A stretch of DNA of 52,224 nt from Candidatus Woesearchaeota archaeon (GCA_964457475.1 CAYWEK010000001.1:1-52224); one strand, 5' to 3'; shown: positions 18,687 to 28,041, numbered from the stretch's first letter. Numbers and translations: made by a program. Notes: generated by a model not told the origin, from the sequence alone.

Positions 18687-19124
18687 ATGATAAATACAGA
18701 TAACATTGAGAAGGCAAAAAGGTTGATAAAAGACTGTAAGGAGAAACCCTTAGTCGTTAATGCTCAAGATGATTTTTTTAATAGAAAAATTCTTGAATAT
18801 GGCAAATTTGACATTCTTCAATCTGTTGAAAAAGGTACTCGGAAAGACAGTTTGAGGCAACTTGATTCTGGTTTTAATCATGTGCTTGCAAATATATCTG
18901 CTAAAAACAAAGTTGCCTTTGGAATTGATATAAATGAAATTGAAAATCTTTCAAAAAAAGAAAAATCAGAAAGAATCGCACGCTTAATACAAAACATCAT
19001 AATATGCCGCAAAGTTGGAGTAAAAATTATTGCTCTTAATTATAAAGATAAAAAAGATGCATTTTCTTTCCTTTTAGGTATCGGCGCGTCAAGTATACAG
19101 GCGAAAGAAGCAATATCTTTTTAA
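18687..19124 (+). CDS. rnp3: RNase P protein component 3 (Rpp30-like), short form
   Basis: FDILQSVEKG..., VAFGIDINEI..., ERIARLIQNIIICRKVGVKIIALNYKDKKDAFSFLLGIGAS matches the C-terminal two-thirds of archaeal Rpp30. At 145 aa it is shorter than the >200 aa I recall as typical. Confidence 0.55.
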   Translation: MINTDNIEKAKRLIKDCKEKPLVVNAQDDFFNRKILEYGKFDILQSVEKGTRKDSLRQLDSGFNHVLANISAKNKVAFGIDINEIENLSKKEKSERIARLIQNIIICRKVGVKIIALNYKDKKDAFSFLLGIGASSIQAKEAISF

Positions 19125-19146
19125 CCCTTAATGCACTAAAAAAAGG

Positions 19147-20655
19147 ATGGATAAAATTAACGAAATAATTGAAAAATTATCGCCTATTGAACGTAAAATA
19201 GTTCCTTTTTTGAATGTTGGAATTGATAAGATAAGTTCGAAATCAGGGCTTGATGATACAACCGTGCTGCGTGCACTAAAATTTCTTGAAAACAAGGGGA
19301 TTTTAAAGATAAAAGCTAATGAAAAAACTATAATTGATCTTGGCACTAATGGAATTTATTACAAAAAGAATAATCTTCCTGAAAGAAAACTTTTGACTAT
19401 CTTGGAAACTAAGAATCATCTCTCTCTTGAGGAAGCAAAAAAGATTTCGAGGCTTAGTGATAATGAATTCAAGGTATCTCTTGGTGTTTTAAAGGACAAG
19501 GCCCTAATCAATCTTGCGAATGGCAAAATTTCTCTAAATGCTTCAAAAGAAGAGATGATAAAAAAAAGCCTTGAAGAGCAATTCCTTGATCTTTTGCCTA
19601 TTGAAGCTAATAAAATAACTCCTGAACAAAAATTTGCATTTGAGAATTTAAAAAAAAGAAAGGAAATTATTGAAATTAAGACAAGAAACTTTTATTCGAT
19701 TGAATTAAGTGATCTAGGCAGAGAAATTGCTGGAAAGGAAATAAAATCTGATTTGATTGAGGAAGTCACTCCTGAAATTATAAAGTCCGGTCAAAAAGGT
19801 TTGAAATTCAGAAAATATGATATCATTGCACCTGTTCCAGCCATATTTGGTGGTAAAAGACACTTCGTAAATCAGTCCATCGAATATGCTAGGAGAATCT
19901 GGAGTGAACTTGGGTTTAAGGAAATGGTCGGACCGATGGTCGATAGCGAATTTTGGGTGTTTGACAGCCTTTTTACTCCCCAAGATCATCCGGCAAGAGA
20001 AATGCAGGACACCTTTTTTATTGATAAGATAAAGGCTAAACTTCCTGATAAAAAACTTATTGCAAATGTCAAGAAATCACATGAAGGTGGATTGGCGCAA
20101 AGTAAGGGTTGGAGATATGCATGGAAAGAATCGCAAGCTGAAAGGGTCGTACTAAGAACTCATACAACTTCTCTTTCAGCAAGAACGCTCGCAAATCTTG
20201 ACTTAAAAAAAATTCCAGCTAAATATTTCGCTATAGGCAAAGTATTTAGAAATGAAACTGTAGACTGGAAGCATGCATTTGAATTCTATCAAACAGAAGG
20301 AATAGTTATTGATGAAAATGCAAATTTTAGAAATTTGCTCGGATACTTAAAAGAATTTTATACTAAAATGGGATTTGAAAAGATAAAGTTCGTTCCAAGC
20401 TTCTTCCCTTACACAGAACCAAGTGTGGAAATACAGGTATGGCATCCTACAAGGAAAGAATGGGTTGAGCTTGGCGGAGCAGGAATATTCAGACCAGAAG
20501 TGGCTACTGCTTTACTCGGAAAGCCAATACCCGTACTTGCCTGGGGTCAAGGATTTGACAGAATAATAATGGACTATTATAAAATAAAGGACTTGAGAGA
20601 GATGTATTCAAATGATATTAAACAACTGAGAAACAAGGAGTTCTGGGTGAAATAA
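19147..20655 (+). CDS. pheS: Phenylalanyl-tRNA synthetase alpha subunit (archaeal/eukaryal type)
   Basis: N-terminal wHTH repeats plus a class II core (HPAREMQDTFF, LRTHTTS, FRNETVD, FPYTEPSVE, GAGIFRPEV). Confidence 0.9.
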   Translation: MDKINEIIEKLSPIERKIVPFLNVGIDKISSKSGLDDTTVLRALKFLENKGILKIKANEKTIIDLGTNGIYYKKNNLPERKLLTILETKNHLSLEEAKKISRLSDNEFKVSLGVLKDKALINLANGKISLNASKEEMIKKSLEEQFLDLLPIEANKITPEQKFAFENLKKRKEIIEIKTRNFYSIELSDLGREIAGKEIKSDLIEEVTPEIIKSGQKGLKFRKYDIIAPVPAIFGGKRHFVNQSIEYARRIWSELGFKEMVGPMVDSEFWVFDSLFTPQDHPAREMQDTFFIDKIKAKLPDKKLIANVKKSHEGGLAQSKGWRYAWKESQAERVVLRTHTTSLSARTLANLDLKKIPAKYFAIGKVFRNETVDWKHAFEFYQTEGIVIDENANFRNLLGYLKEFYTKMGFEKIKFVPSFFPYTEPSVEIQVWHPTRKEWVELGGAGIFRPEVATALLGKPIPVLAWGQGFDRIIMDYYKIKDLREMYSNDIKQLRNKEFWVK

Positions 20656-22301
20656 TGGCAACCTTAAGCTTTAATAAAAAAGAAATTGAGAAGGAAATTA
20701 AATTGAATGATACTATTATTGAAAAAATAAATATGATGGGAATTCCTGCTGAAGTTTCTGGGGAAAAACTTGATATTGAAATTCTGCCAAATCGTTCAGA
20801 CTTGCTTTCAATGCAAGGTTTTCTAAGAGCTGTAAAGGCCTTCTTGGGAAAAGAAACTGGTTTAAAAAAATATCTTGTAAATAAACCTGAAAGGGATTAT
20901 AAGGTAAGAATTGATGCTTCTCTTAAAAATATCAGACCATATACTGCCTGCGCTATTGTTAAGGGATTAAAGTTTGATGAGGCTAAGATAAAAGAAATAA
21001 TTGATATGCAGGAAAAACTTCATGCAACACTTGGTAGAAATAGAAAAAAGGCTGCAATTGGAATCTATCCTCTTGAAAAGATTTCTTTACCTATAAAATT
21101 TGAGGCTCGCAAGCCAACTGATATTAAATTTGTTCCTTTGGAAATGTCTGAGGAACTAAATGGGTTGCAAATATTACAAAAACATCCAACTGGAAGAGAG
21201 TATGCATATTTACTTGATGAAATGGAGAAATATCCTGTTTTTGTTGATGCTAAGGGAAAAATACTTTCAATGCCTCCAGTAATCAACAGTAATGAAACTG
21301 GCAAAATAGAAGAAAAAACTAGAGATGTTTTCGTAGAATGTTCTGGATTTGATTTTGAGTCATTAAATAAAATATTGAATATTATCGTCACAACACTCGC
21401 TGATATGGGTGGTAAGATTTACGCGATGGAACTTGATTATGGCAAAAAAGAGGTTACTCCAAATCTTTTACCTGAAAAAATTAAGATTAACCTTGATTAT
21501 TTCAACAAAATTGTCGGGTTAAATATAAAAGAAAATGATCTAGAAAAACTGCTGCCAAAAATGGGCTACGAATACAAAAATGGTGAGGTGCTTGTTCCAG
21601 CTTGGAGATCAGATATTTTACATGAGAGAGATATAGTGGAAGATATAGCGATAGCCTATGGTTACGAAAATCTCTTACCTGAAATACCTAAAGTTGCTAC
21701 GATTGGTGAGGAAAGCAATGAGGCAAAAATAGAAAGTAAGGTGGCAGATATTCTGACAGGATTAGGAATCATCGAAGTATCTTCTCTGCATTTAATAAAG
21801 GAAGATGAAGCGAAAAGATTAGGCTTGGGAGAAAATGAGAAAATAGAAGTTTCAAATTCCAAAACTGAATTCAAAATTCTAAGACCAAATCTTTCGATAC
21901 CTGCTTTTAGAATATTATCTGAAAATAAAGATAATGAATATCCTCAGAAAATATTTGAAATAGGAAATGCTTTTGAAAGAGACAAGAGTGGAAAAAGTGA
22001 AACTGGAATAAATGAAAATAAAAAATTACTGGTCGCCTGCTCTCCTTCAAATTTTACTGAGGCAAAGCAAATTCTTGAATATCTAGCAAGAATGCTCAGA
22101 ATAAAATTTGAGTTGAGAGAATCAAAGAACAAAAATATGATTGAGGGAAGAACTGGTTCTGTTGTTATAAATGGAAAAGAAATAGGATTTATCGGGGACG
22201 TAGACATTGAAACATTGCGCAGGTGGAATATCAAGATGCCAGTTTCACTTTTTGAAATTGATCTTGGAGAAATATTTAATATTTTAAGGTTTAAAAACTA
22301 A
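20655..22301 (+). CDS. pheT: Phenylalanyl-tRNA synthetase beta subunit (archaeal type)
   Basis: B3_4/B5 domain pattern (ILPNRSDLLSMQGF, LHATLGRNRKKAAIG, VPAWRSDILHERDIVEDIAIAYGY). The start overlaps the pheS stop. Confidence 0.9.
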   Translation: MATLSFNKKEIEKEIKLNDTIIEKINMMGIPAEVSGEKLDIEILPNRSDLLSMQGFLRAVKAFLGKETGLKKYLVNKPERDYKVRIDASLKNIRPYTACAIVKGLKFDEAKIKEIIDMQEKLHATLGRNRKKAAIGIYPLEKISLPIKFEARKPTDIKFVPLEMSEELNGLQILQKHPTGREYAYLLDEMEKYPVFVDAKGKILSMPPVINSNETGKIEEKTRDVFVECSGFDFESLNKILNIIVTTLADMGGKIYAMELDYGKKEVTPNLLPEKIKINLDYFNKIVGLNIKENDLEKLLPKMGYEYKNGEVLVPAWRSDILHERDIVEDIAIAYGYENLLPEIPKVATIGEESNEAKIESKVADILTGLGIIEVSSLHLIKEDEAKRLGLGENEKIEVSNSKTEFKILRPNLSIPAFRILSENKDNEYPQKIFEIGNAFERDKSGKSETGINENKKLLVACSPSNFTEAKQILEYLARMLRIKFELRESKNKNMIEGRTGSVVINGKEIGFIGDVDIETLRRWNIKMPVSLFEIDLGEIFNILRFKN

Positions 22302-22765
22302 CCAAAGTAGGTTTTATCTTTCTTTGCTATGACCTTGTTAGGCTTTTTCATGTTAGTCATTATTTTTCTGAACTTTGGCTTTACAGATTCCCAGGCAGAA
22401 CATATTCTTTTTATTATCTCAGCCTCTTTTTTCTCGGATGAATCTATTTCAAGTTCCAAGGAGGATAGACTCACATCTCCAAGAATTGAATATATTTCAT
22501 CAATCACTTTCCTATCTTCAATTGAAAGACTTCTCGAATAACTGACATACATTCTAGGGGCATTGACCGGGTTAAGCAAAAGATCAAGAAAACCCATTGA
22601 GTTGACTAATTTCTCCATCATCACTTTTCTTATTAAACGAAGAGGTGTCTCGGTTTCTCTGTCAATCTTGTCTATCTCAAAATTTTCATTCAGATTTTCA
22701 AAAGAAGGAAGTTTATACTTCTTTGCCAGTATAGAGTAATTTTTCTTCAGTTCTTTTAGTTCCAT
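22298..22765 (-). CDS. Hypothetical protein (155 aa)
   Basis: Clean ORF. The overlapping antisense ORF is low-complexity. Confidence 0.5.
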   Translation of the reverse strand: MELKELKKNYSILAKKYKLPSFENLNENFEIDKIDRETETPLRLIRKVMMEKLVNSMGFLDLLLNPVNAPRMYVSYSRSLSIEDRKVIDEIYSILGDVSLSSLELEIDSSEKKEAEIIKRICSAWESVKPKFRKIMTNMKKPNKVIAKKDKTYFG

Positions 22766-22802
22766 TAAGCAGGTTGAGAAAGGAGATTTATATATTTATT
22801 GA

Positions 22803-23078
22803 CTAGATACCAAAAAGTCTCTTCCAAAAGGATTTTTTCTCTTCCACTATCGCGCCCTTTGGCTCAACAACATCATAAGTTATCTCGGGCTTTGTTTTTA
22901 GAAGTGGCGCTTCCCTTGAAAGGTCATCTTCCGCCTGTTTTATTGCCTTTTCAACTTCAAGCTTGGAATGTCCTTGGTTTACTAGAGCCCATTTCAAGGA
23001 TTCCTTCGTATATCCCTTTCTAAGGTTCTTTTTTATATAATCAGATAACTCGCCTACGTAATCTCCCTTCTTTATCAT
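22803..23078 (-). CDS. Hypothetical small protein (91 aa)
   Basis: ORF with plausible helical composition. The antisense ORF 22799-23023 is P/L-rich and unlikely. Confidence 0.45.
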   Translation of the reverse strand: MIKKGDYVGELSDYIKKNLRKGYTKESLKWALVNQGHSKLEVEKAIKQAEDDLSREAPLLKTKPEITYDVVEPKGAIVEEKKSFWKRLFGI

Positions 23079-23118
23079 AATATTTTTTAGTACAACCTGT
23101 ATTTAAATTTATTTATAC

Positions 23119-24591
23119 TTAACCAATCACTATCGGCTTTTTGAGATAAAAGTGTTCTATTGCCTCATTCAGCTTCTTATCCGATTCGGAATATAAAGTA
23201 AGAAGAAAATCTCCTTTTTTTACGCGCTCGTTTCTGTGCTTACTGATGTAAATTCCCGATCCTTTATCAGCCGGACAGCCAAGAATCCTTGAAATATGGT
23301 TTATTAGTTTGTTATCTATTCTCATTATTTTCCCCGACTTGCTCGACTTTATCTGATAAGAATACTTTGCGGGCTTAAGAGAACCTTTTTTCCTTCCCTG
23401 AGCATTAATAATCTCATTAAATTTTTTAAGGGCTTTTTTTGAGTTAAGAATCTCTTTAGCAAGAGTCAGCCCCTCGCCCTTCTTAGCTTTTCCCACCAAT
23501 TCAAGTATTGCTGCAGAAAGAATTAATGACTTCTTCTCAAGATCTTTTGGAGGATTGTCTCTTTTCAGAACTTTCAAAACATCAATCATCTCAAGAACAG
23601 GACCGATGCCATTTCCTATGGGCTGACTACCATCAGTAATCAGAACAATCATCTTGAGGTTGAAGTGTTTACTTATCTTAAGAAATTTTCCCTTGAGCTT
23701 TTCTGCCTCAGTTCTTGTAACTTTTGCCCCTGTTCCTGATGGGATATCTATTAATACATACTCACTGCCCGCTGCAAGTTTCTTGGAGATAATTGAGGCT
23801 AGAAGTTGTGATTCAGGGTCAACATCAAGAATCCTTTCAACTCTTATTAACTTGTCATCTGCTGGCGCAAGACCGAGAGAACCTCCCCATGCTAAACACG
23901 CACCTGTTTTTGCAACAATTTTTTTTAATTCTAGAATGGGAAAATCAACTTTTGCAATACTTTCAACCGTATCAGCAGTTCCAGCAGCACTAGTTATTGC
24001 TCTTGATGATGTTTTTGGCATTATCACACCTGCTGCTGCGCAGATTGAAACAACAATAGGTGTTGTCCTATTTCCCGGAATCCCTCCTATACTGTGCTTA
24101 TCAGCCACTTTATAGGATGAGGGCCATTTGATTATCTGCCCAGTGTTGCACATTGCCTCTGTGAGATATATTGTTTCTCTGAAACTCATTCCGTTCTCAT
24201 AGACACCTGAGACAAAATAGGAAACCTCTGCTTCTGTGAGGGCATCATTTGAAATGTCTTTGATTATCGCATAAATCTCATCCTTCTTAAGCTCCTTTGC
24301 GTTCATTTTCTTGGAGATGAACTCCGCACTTGCGGCTGTAAGCGTCGGACTTATATCAACCATCTCGCCAACTTTGGCTTTAATGTAACCTGCGATGCCA
24401 TCGGAAAGAGAGATTTCATCTTCTTTAATTATTCCCTTTACTGTATCGACTATTAAAATTGCTTTTTTTCCATGATGAGATACTTCTATTCTATCACCAA
24501 CGTGAACGTCTATCTTCTTGGCAGCTTCTTCGTGCAGGAATGCAATTGGTCTTCCAGCATCAAGACTTATTTTTCTTAACTTAAGCTTCAT
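23119..24591 (-). CDS. deoA: AMP phosphorylase (archaeal thymidine-phosphorylase family, DeoA-like)
   Basis: The archaeal-specific N-terminal extension (KLKLRKISLDAGRPIAFLHEEAAKKIDVHVGDRIEV) is followed by a glycosyltransferase family 3 core (DKHSIGGIPGNRTT, SRAITSAAGTAD). Confidence 0.8.
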   Translation of the reverse strand: MKLKLRKISLDAGRPIAFLHEEAAKKIDVHVGDRIEVSHHGKKAILIVDTVKGIIKEDEISLSDGIAGYIKAKVGEMVDISPTLTAASAEFISKKMNAKELKKDEIYAIIKDISNDALTEAEVSYFVSGVYENGMSFRETIYLTEAMCNTGQIIKWPSSYKVADKHSIGGIPGNRTTPIVVSICAAAGVIMPKTSSRAITSAAGTADTVESIAKVDFPILELKKIVAKTGACLAWGGSLGLAPADDKLIRVERILDVDPESQLLASIISKKLAAGSEYVLIDIPSGTGAKVTRTEAEKLKGKFLKISKHFNLKMIVLITDGSQPIGNGIGPVLEMIDVLKVLKRDNPPKDLEKKSLILSAAILELVGKAKKGEGLTLAKEILNSKKALKKFNEIINAQGRKKGSLKPAKYSYQIKSSKSGKIMRIDNKLINHISRILGCPADKGSGIYISKHRNERVKKGDFLLTLYSESDKKLNEAIEHFYLKKPIVIG

Positions 24592-24620
24592 TTTTTATTA
24601 ATCCTCTTTTTAAGATAGCA

Positions 24621-25661
24621 CTAAGCAAATAGTACGTATATGCTTTTGTCCTTGAAAGACTCAAGCAATGTAAGTAGATAGGAAAGTATTAACGGACCAA
24701 CAACAATCCCAACTACTCCAAATACAAATATTCCTCCTATCATCCCCACCAATATTATTGCTGGAGAAATATCTGTTCTCTTTGAGATTATATATGATCG
24801 CATTATATTGTCGATAAGTGAGACAATGAGCAAATTGTATATCACGTAGCCTATGACTGTCTGTACATTTCCAGTGATAAGCAGATAAACCGAAACTGGT
24901 ACCCATACAAATGCTGGACCTAGGAAAGGAATTATTGACAAGAATATTGCTAGTAAAGTCAGTACAAGAGCACCCTGAACTCCAAACAAGAAAAATCCTA
25001 TACCTGCAAGTATTCCTTGTATTATTCCAACTATTATCCAACCATATATTATCGCGCTCGTCATATCTTTAAATCTCTTCACAACTATCTTTTCTTTTGC
25101 CTCTGAAAGAGGAGAGATTGTCTTTGCAAAATCAACCAATTTATCAGAATCTCTTATGGCAAAGAAGAATACAAAACCTAGTATGAAAAAGTCAAGAAGT
25201 ATATTTGGAAGGCTTGTGATAAAATCGCTTAAGCTTGAAGTTCCGGATGAAAATGCTGAGCTTACAACATTATTTAAAGTTAGGGAGAGCTGCGTTACAA
25301 AGGCAGTGGAAGCTGATGGGAATAGAGTTTTGACAACAGCAGTCATATCAACTTTCTGTAATGTCACAAGAAAATCAAATGATTGTCTTATAACGAGGGG
25401 AGTAACAAACCATAAAAATACCAAAAGGCTTACTACTATGATAATTACTACTAAAGAAGCGGAAGCATTTTTATTTTTTACATAACGATTGATTATTTTG
25501 TAGACTGGCATGAAAACATAAGCCAAAAGTAGGCCTCCTATTACCGAAACGAGAATTGGCAGTACAATCATAACTGAAAGAATTATCAAAGCAGCAACTA
25601 TTATAATAATAGATATTTTCTTGACATCTTTCTCGCCAAAATCCATATATATTATTATCAA
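24621..25661 (-). CDS. AI-2E/PerM (UPF0118) family membrane transporter
   Basis: About 8 TM helices with the typical C-terminal half (IPFLGPAFVWVPVS..., ISPAIILVGMIGG). An alternative start is at Met6 (25646). Confidence 0.65.
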   Translation of the reverse strand: MIIIYMDFGEKDVKKISIIIIVAALIILSVMIVLPILVSVIGGLLLAYVFMPVYKIINRYVKNKNASASLVVIIIVVSLLVFLWFVTPLVIRQSFDFLVTLQKVDMTAVVKTLFPSASTAFVTQLSLTLNNVVSSAFSSGTSSLSDFITSLPNILLDFFILGFVFFFAIRDSDKLVDFAKTISPLSEAKEKIVVKRFKDMTSAIIYGWIIVGIIQGILAGIGFFLFGVQGALVLTLLAIFLSIIPFLGPAFVWVPVSVYLLITGNVQTVIGYVIYNLLIVSLIDNIMRSYIISKRTDISPAIILVGMIGGIFVFGVVGIVVGPLILSYLLTLLESFKDKSIYVLFA

Positions 25662-25679
25662 GAAGCATATATAAATTCT

Positions 25680-26441
25680 ATGCCTACTAAAAAAATTTAT
25701 AAAGCATATTTTTCTAGAGGAATGATGGAAAGTGTTTTGAAGAAGATTTTTTCAGGAAAAAGCGATGAGTATGTCCACAATGAATTTACCAAATTCAGCA
25801 GAGGTAGTTTTGGTAACCGTTATCTTATTGATGCTAAAAAAAAGGCTGACAAATTTAGTATAAAAACCGGTGCGGAGTTTGCGAACTTTTTAGTCCGTAG
25901 TTGCCTTGAAAAAATAAATGGAAGTGTTGAAGTATCTGGAGTAATCGTCTCAACTTTTGACATAAAGAAGGATATGGGTGGTTCTGTTTTTAATCCTGAT
26001 GAAGATGTTAAGCAATTTATGGGCATAAAACAACTAAAAGTGAACGGAAACATACCTACAAAGAAGATTATTGAAATAATGGATAAATATCCTAAAGCAT
26101 TTTTCGCCCTGACATTTTCTGGAAAGGATTTTGAACTTAAAATAAAAGCTAAAGCACCAAAAAGCGCTAAGCCATCGACTAAAGGTGCTGATGAAATAAA
26201 GGCCGACTTCTGCTCATTAAAAACCTCAGATAAATCAATTGTAAATGACCTTTTCTTTGATATTCCCGAATTTAAAGAAATAAAAATAAATCATACGATA
26301 CAAATAGATAATATAACTTTACCTAAAGGAGAAAAAGACCCTATCAAAATAAGAGAAAATGCGACAAGAGAAGGCAAGATAATAAGAAAAGTTATTGCTG
26401 ATGGGAATATTTCTAGGAAAGAAGCAGAGTTTAAAGCTTAG
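25680..26441 (+). CDS. Hypothetical protein (253 aa)
   Basis: Long ORF, K-rich and soluble. No family recognised. Confidence 0.5.
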   Translation: MPTKKIYKAYFSRGMMESVLKKIFSGKSDEYVHNEFTKFSRGSFGNRYLIDAKKKADKFSIKTGAEFANFLVRSCLEKINGSVEVSGVIVSTFDIKKDMGGSVFNPDEDVKQFMGIKQLKVNGNIPTKKIIEIMDKYPKAFFALTFSGKDFELKIKAKAPKSAKPSTKGADEIKADFCSLKTSDKSIVNDLFFDIPEFKEIKINHTIQIDNITLPKGEKDPIKIRENATREGKIIRKVIADGNISRKEAEFKA

Positions 26442-26995
26442 AACTCCAAACCTTTTCTCGCCAAAATACCTGAATCATATGGATGTTTTACTTTCTTTAT
26501 TTCAGTTACAAGATCTGCAAGAGCAAATATTTCTTCAATAGGTTTATGGCTTCCCGTTAGAATAAGCTCTTTATTTTTTGGTTTATTCCTTATCAAATTA
26601 ACAACTTGTTCTTTTTCTAGCAGTCCGAGTTGTATAGTATAAAGTATTTCGTCTGCAATTATTATGTCATATTTATTATCACTTAAAGAAGAAGCAACAT
26701 GGTTTAGGGCTTCATTAACTTTTTCTTTGTGCACTGATTCATTTTTTCCTTTTACATACCAATCTCCAACTCCAAACCTTTTGTATGAGAAATTCTGAAA
26801 TCTTTCTAGTGCCTTTATTTCTCCAGGTATTTGTTCGTCCAGTGTCTCCGCACCATTTTTCATGAATTGTACAAGATGAACATTATATCCGTTTCCGCAC
26901 GCCCTCAACGCCGTACCAAGGGCAGAAGTAGTCTTCCCCTTACCGTTTCCCCAGAAAACCTGTACAAAACCTAGCTGAGATTTATCAGGATCCAT
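26438..26995 (-). CDS. cobO: Cob(I)yrinic acid a,c-diamide adenosyltransferase (CobO/BtuR type)
   Basis: VQVFWGNGKGKTTSALGTALRACGNGYNVHLVQFMK, IIIADEILY and HPYDSGILARKGLEF are collinear with BtuR/CobO. Confidence 0.8.
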   Translation of the reverse strand: MDPDKSQLGFVQVFWGNGKGKTTSALGTALRACGNGYNVHLVQFMKNGAETLDEQIPGEIKALERFQNFSYKRFGVGDWYVKGKNESVHKEKVNEALNHVASSLSDNKYDIIIADEILYTIQLGLLEKEQVVNLIRNKPKNKELILTGSHKPIEEIFALADLVTEIKKVKHPYDSGILARKGLEF

Positions 26996-27057
26996 CTAGA
27001 CTTTCAGATCTTCAAATATATAAATATAATTAATTTTCAATACTATTCTTCTTGTAA

Positions 27058-27102
27058 GTATTTATACGTATAAATACTCTTAGATATGTTTAAATACGTA
27101 TT
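27058..27102. promoter_or_regulatory. Promoter and operator candidate: 20-bp perfect palindrome, a second ATACGTAT palindrome, and a TATA box
   Basis: GTATTTATACGTATAAATAC (27058-27077) is a perfect palindrome. AATACGTATT (27093-27102) is a second one. The ATACGTAT cores lie 30 bp apart. The TATA tttaaata (27089-27096) is centred 26 nt upstream of the RHH gene ATG. Confidence 0.45.
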
Positions 27103-27118
27103 GATATAAATAGATATA

Positions 27119-27295
27119 ATGAAAAAGGGGCAGAAGGATAAGCTGACAGTCCTGATTGATAGAAATATAAAGGAAAAATACCGCGTATTTTGTGACTTGC
27201 GCGGGCTAATTCTCGGCAAGCAAATAGAATTGTTTATGGAAAGAGAGCTGGAAAAGATAGAAAAAGGAGATAGAAGTGGTGAACGGAAAAAATAA
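27119..27295 (+). CDS. Small ribbon-helix-helix (CopG/ParG-like) DNA-binding protein, 58 aa (below the ORF-track cutoff)
   Basis: My own translation is MKKGQKDKLTVLIDRNIKEKYRVFCDLRGLILGKQIELFMERELEKIEKGDRSGERKK. It has a beta-strand followed by two helices in the RHH pattern. Its 3' end overlaps the next gene by 20 nt. Confidence 0.5.
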   Translation: MKKGQKDKLTVLIDRNIKEKYRVFCDLRGLILGKQIELFMERELEKIEKGDRSGERKK

Positions 27296-28040
27296 AAGAG
27301 GGCAGATAGCGATATGGATAATAATCGCGATTGTGATCGTAGCAGTAATTTTTATGCTTTTCCTACTAAACAAAAGCCCGACAACGATTACACAAGGTCA
27401 ATATGACTTCCAAAGCTCAATAGAAAAATGTGTCAGAGATGCAACAAGCAATGCCATCGATGTAATGATTCCTCAGGGGGGTTTTCTGCAGCCAGAGAAT
27501 TACAAGCTATACAATAATATCAATGTTACATTTTTGTGTCAAAATACTGGATATTTCAAACCATGTATCAATCAACATCCTTTGTTAATTAATGAGGAAA
27601 TCAATGAAATTGAGAATTATACGACACCAATAATAAATAATTGCTTTTCAAGCGCTCAAAGTGAACTTGAAAGTAGAAATTATGGCGTTTCCATAAGCCC
27701 GATTTCACTAAATGTTTCTTTCGGTTCTGGTAGAGTCTACACCCTTATCGTCACAAATGTAACGATAAGTAAAAATGGGCAAACGCAAACATATGATAAC
27801 TTCAATGTAGAATTGAATAGCCCGATATATGATTTAAGTAAGGTTGCGATGGATATAACTAATAACGAGGCCAAGTACTGCTATTTTGAATATGTAGGAT
27901 ATATGCTTCTTTATCCAAGGTGGCAGATATCTAAATTTACTTTCTCAGATTCGACAAAAATATATACTATAGAAGATCTACAATCAAAGAAGGAGATGAA
28001 TATAGCCGTAAGAGGATGCGCTATACCTCCAGGAATTTAA
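27276..28040 (+). CDS. Pilin-like secreted protein A1 (class III signal peptide)
   Basis: GTG start preceded by AAGGAGA. The N-terminus is MVNGKNKRGQIAIWIIIAIVIVAVIFMLFLL (basic residues, then G, Q, then a hydrophobic helix). It is a paralog of 31943-32710. Confidence 0.6.
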   Translation: MVNGKNKRGQIAIWIIIAIVIVAVIFMLFLLNKSPTTITQGQYDFQSSIEKCVRDATSNAIDVMIPQGGFLQPENYKLYNNINVTFLCQNTGYFKPCINQHPLLINEEINEIENYTTPIINNCFSSAQSELESRNYGVSISPISLNVSFGSGRVYTLIVTNVTISKNGQTQTYDNFNVELNSPIYDLSKVAMDITNNEAKYCYFEYVGYMLLYPRWQISKFTFSDSTKIYTIEDLQSKKEMNIAVRGCAIPPGI

Positions 28041-28041
28041 A

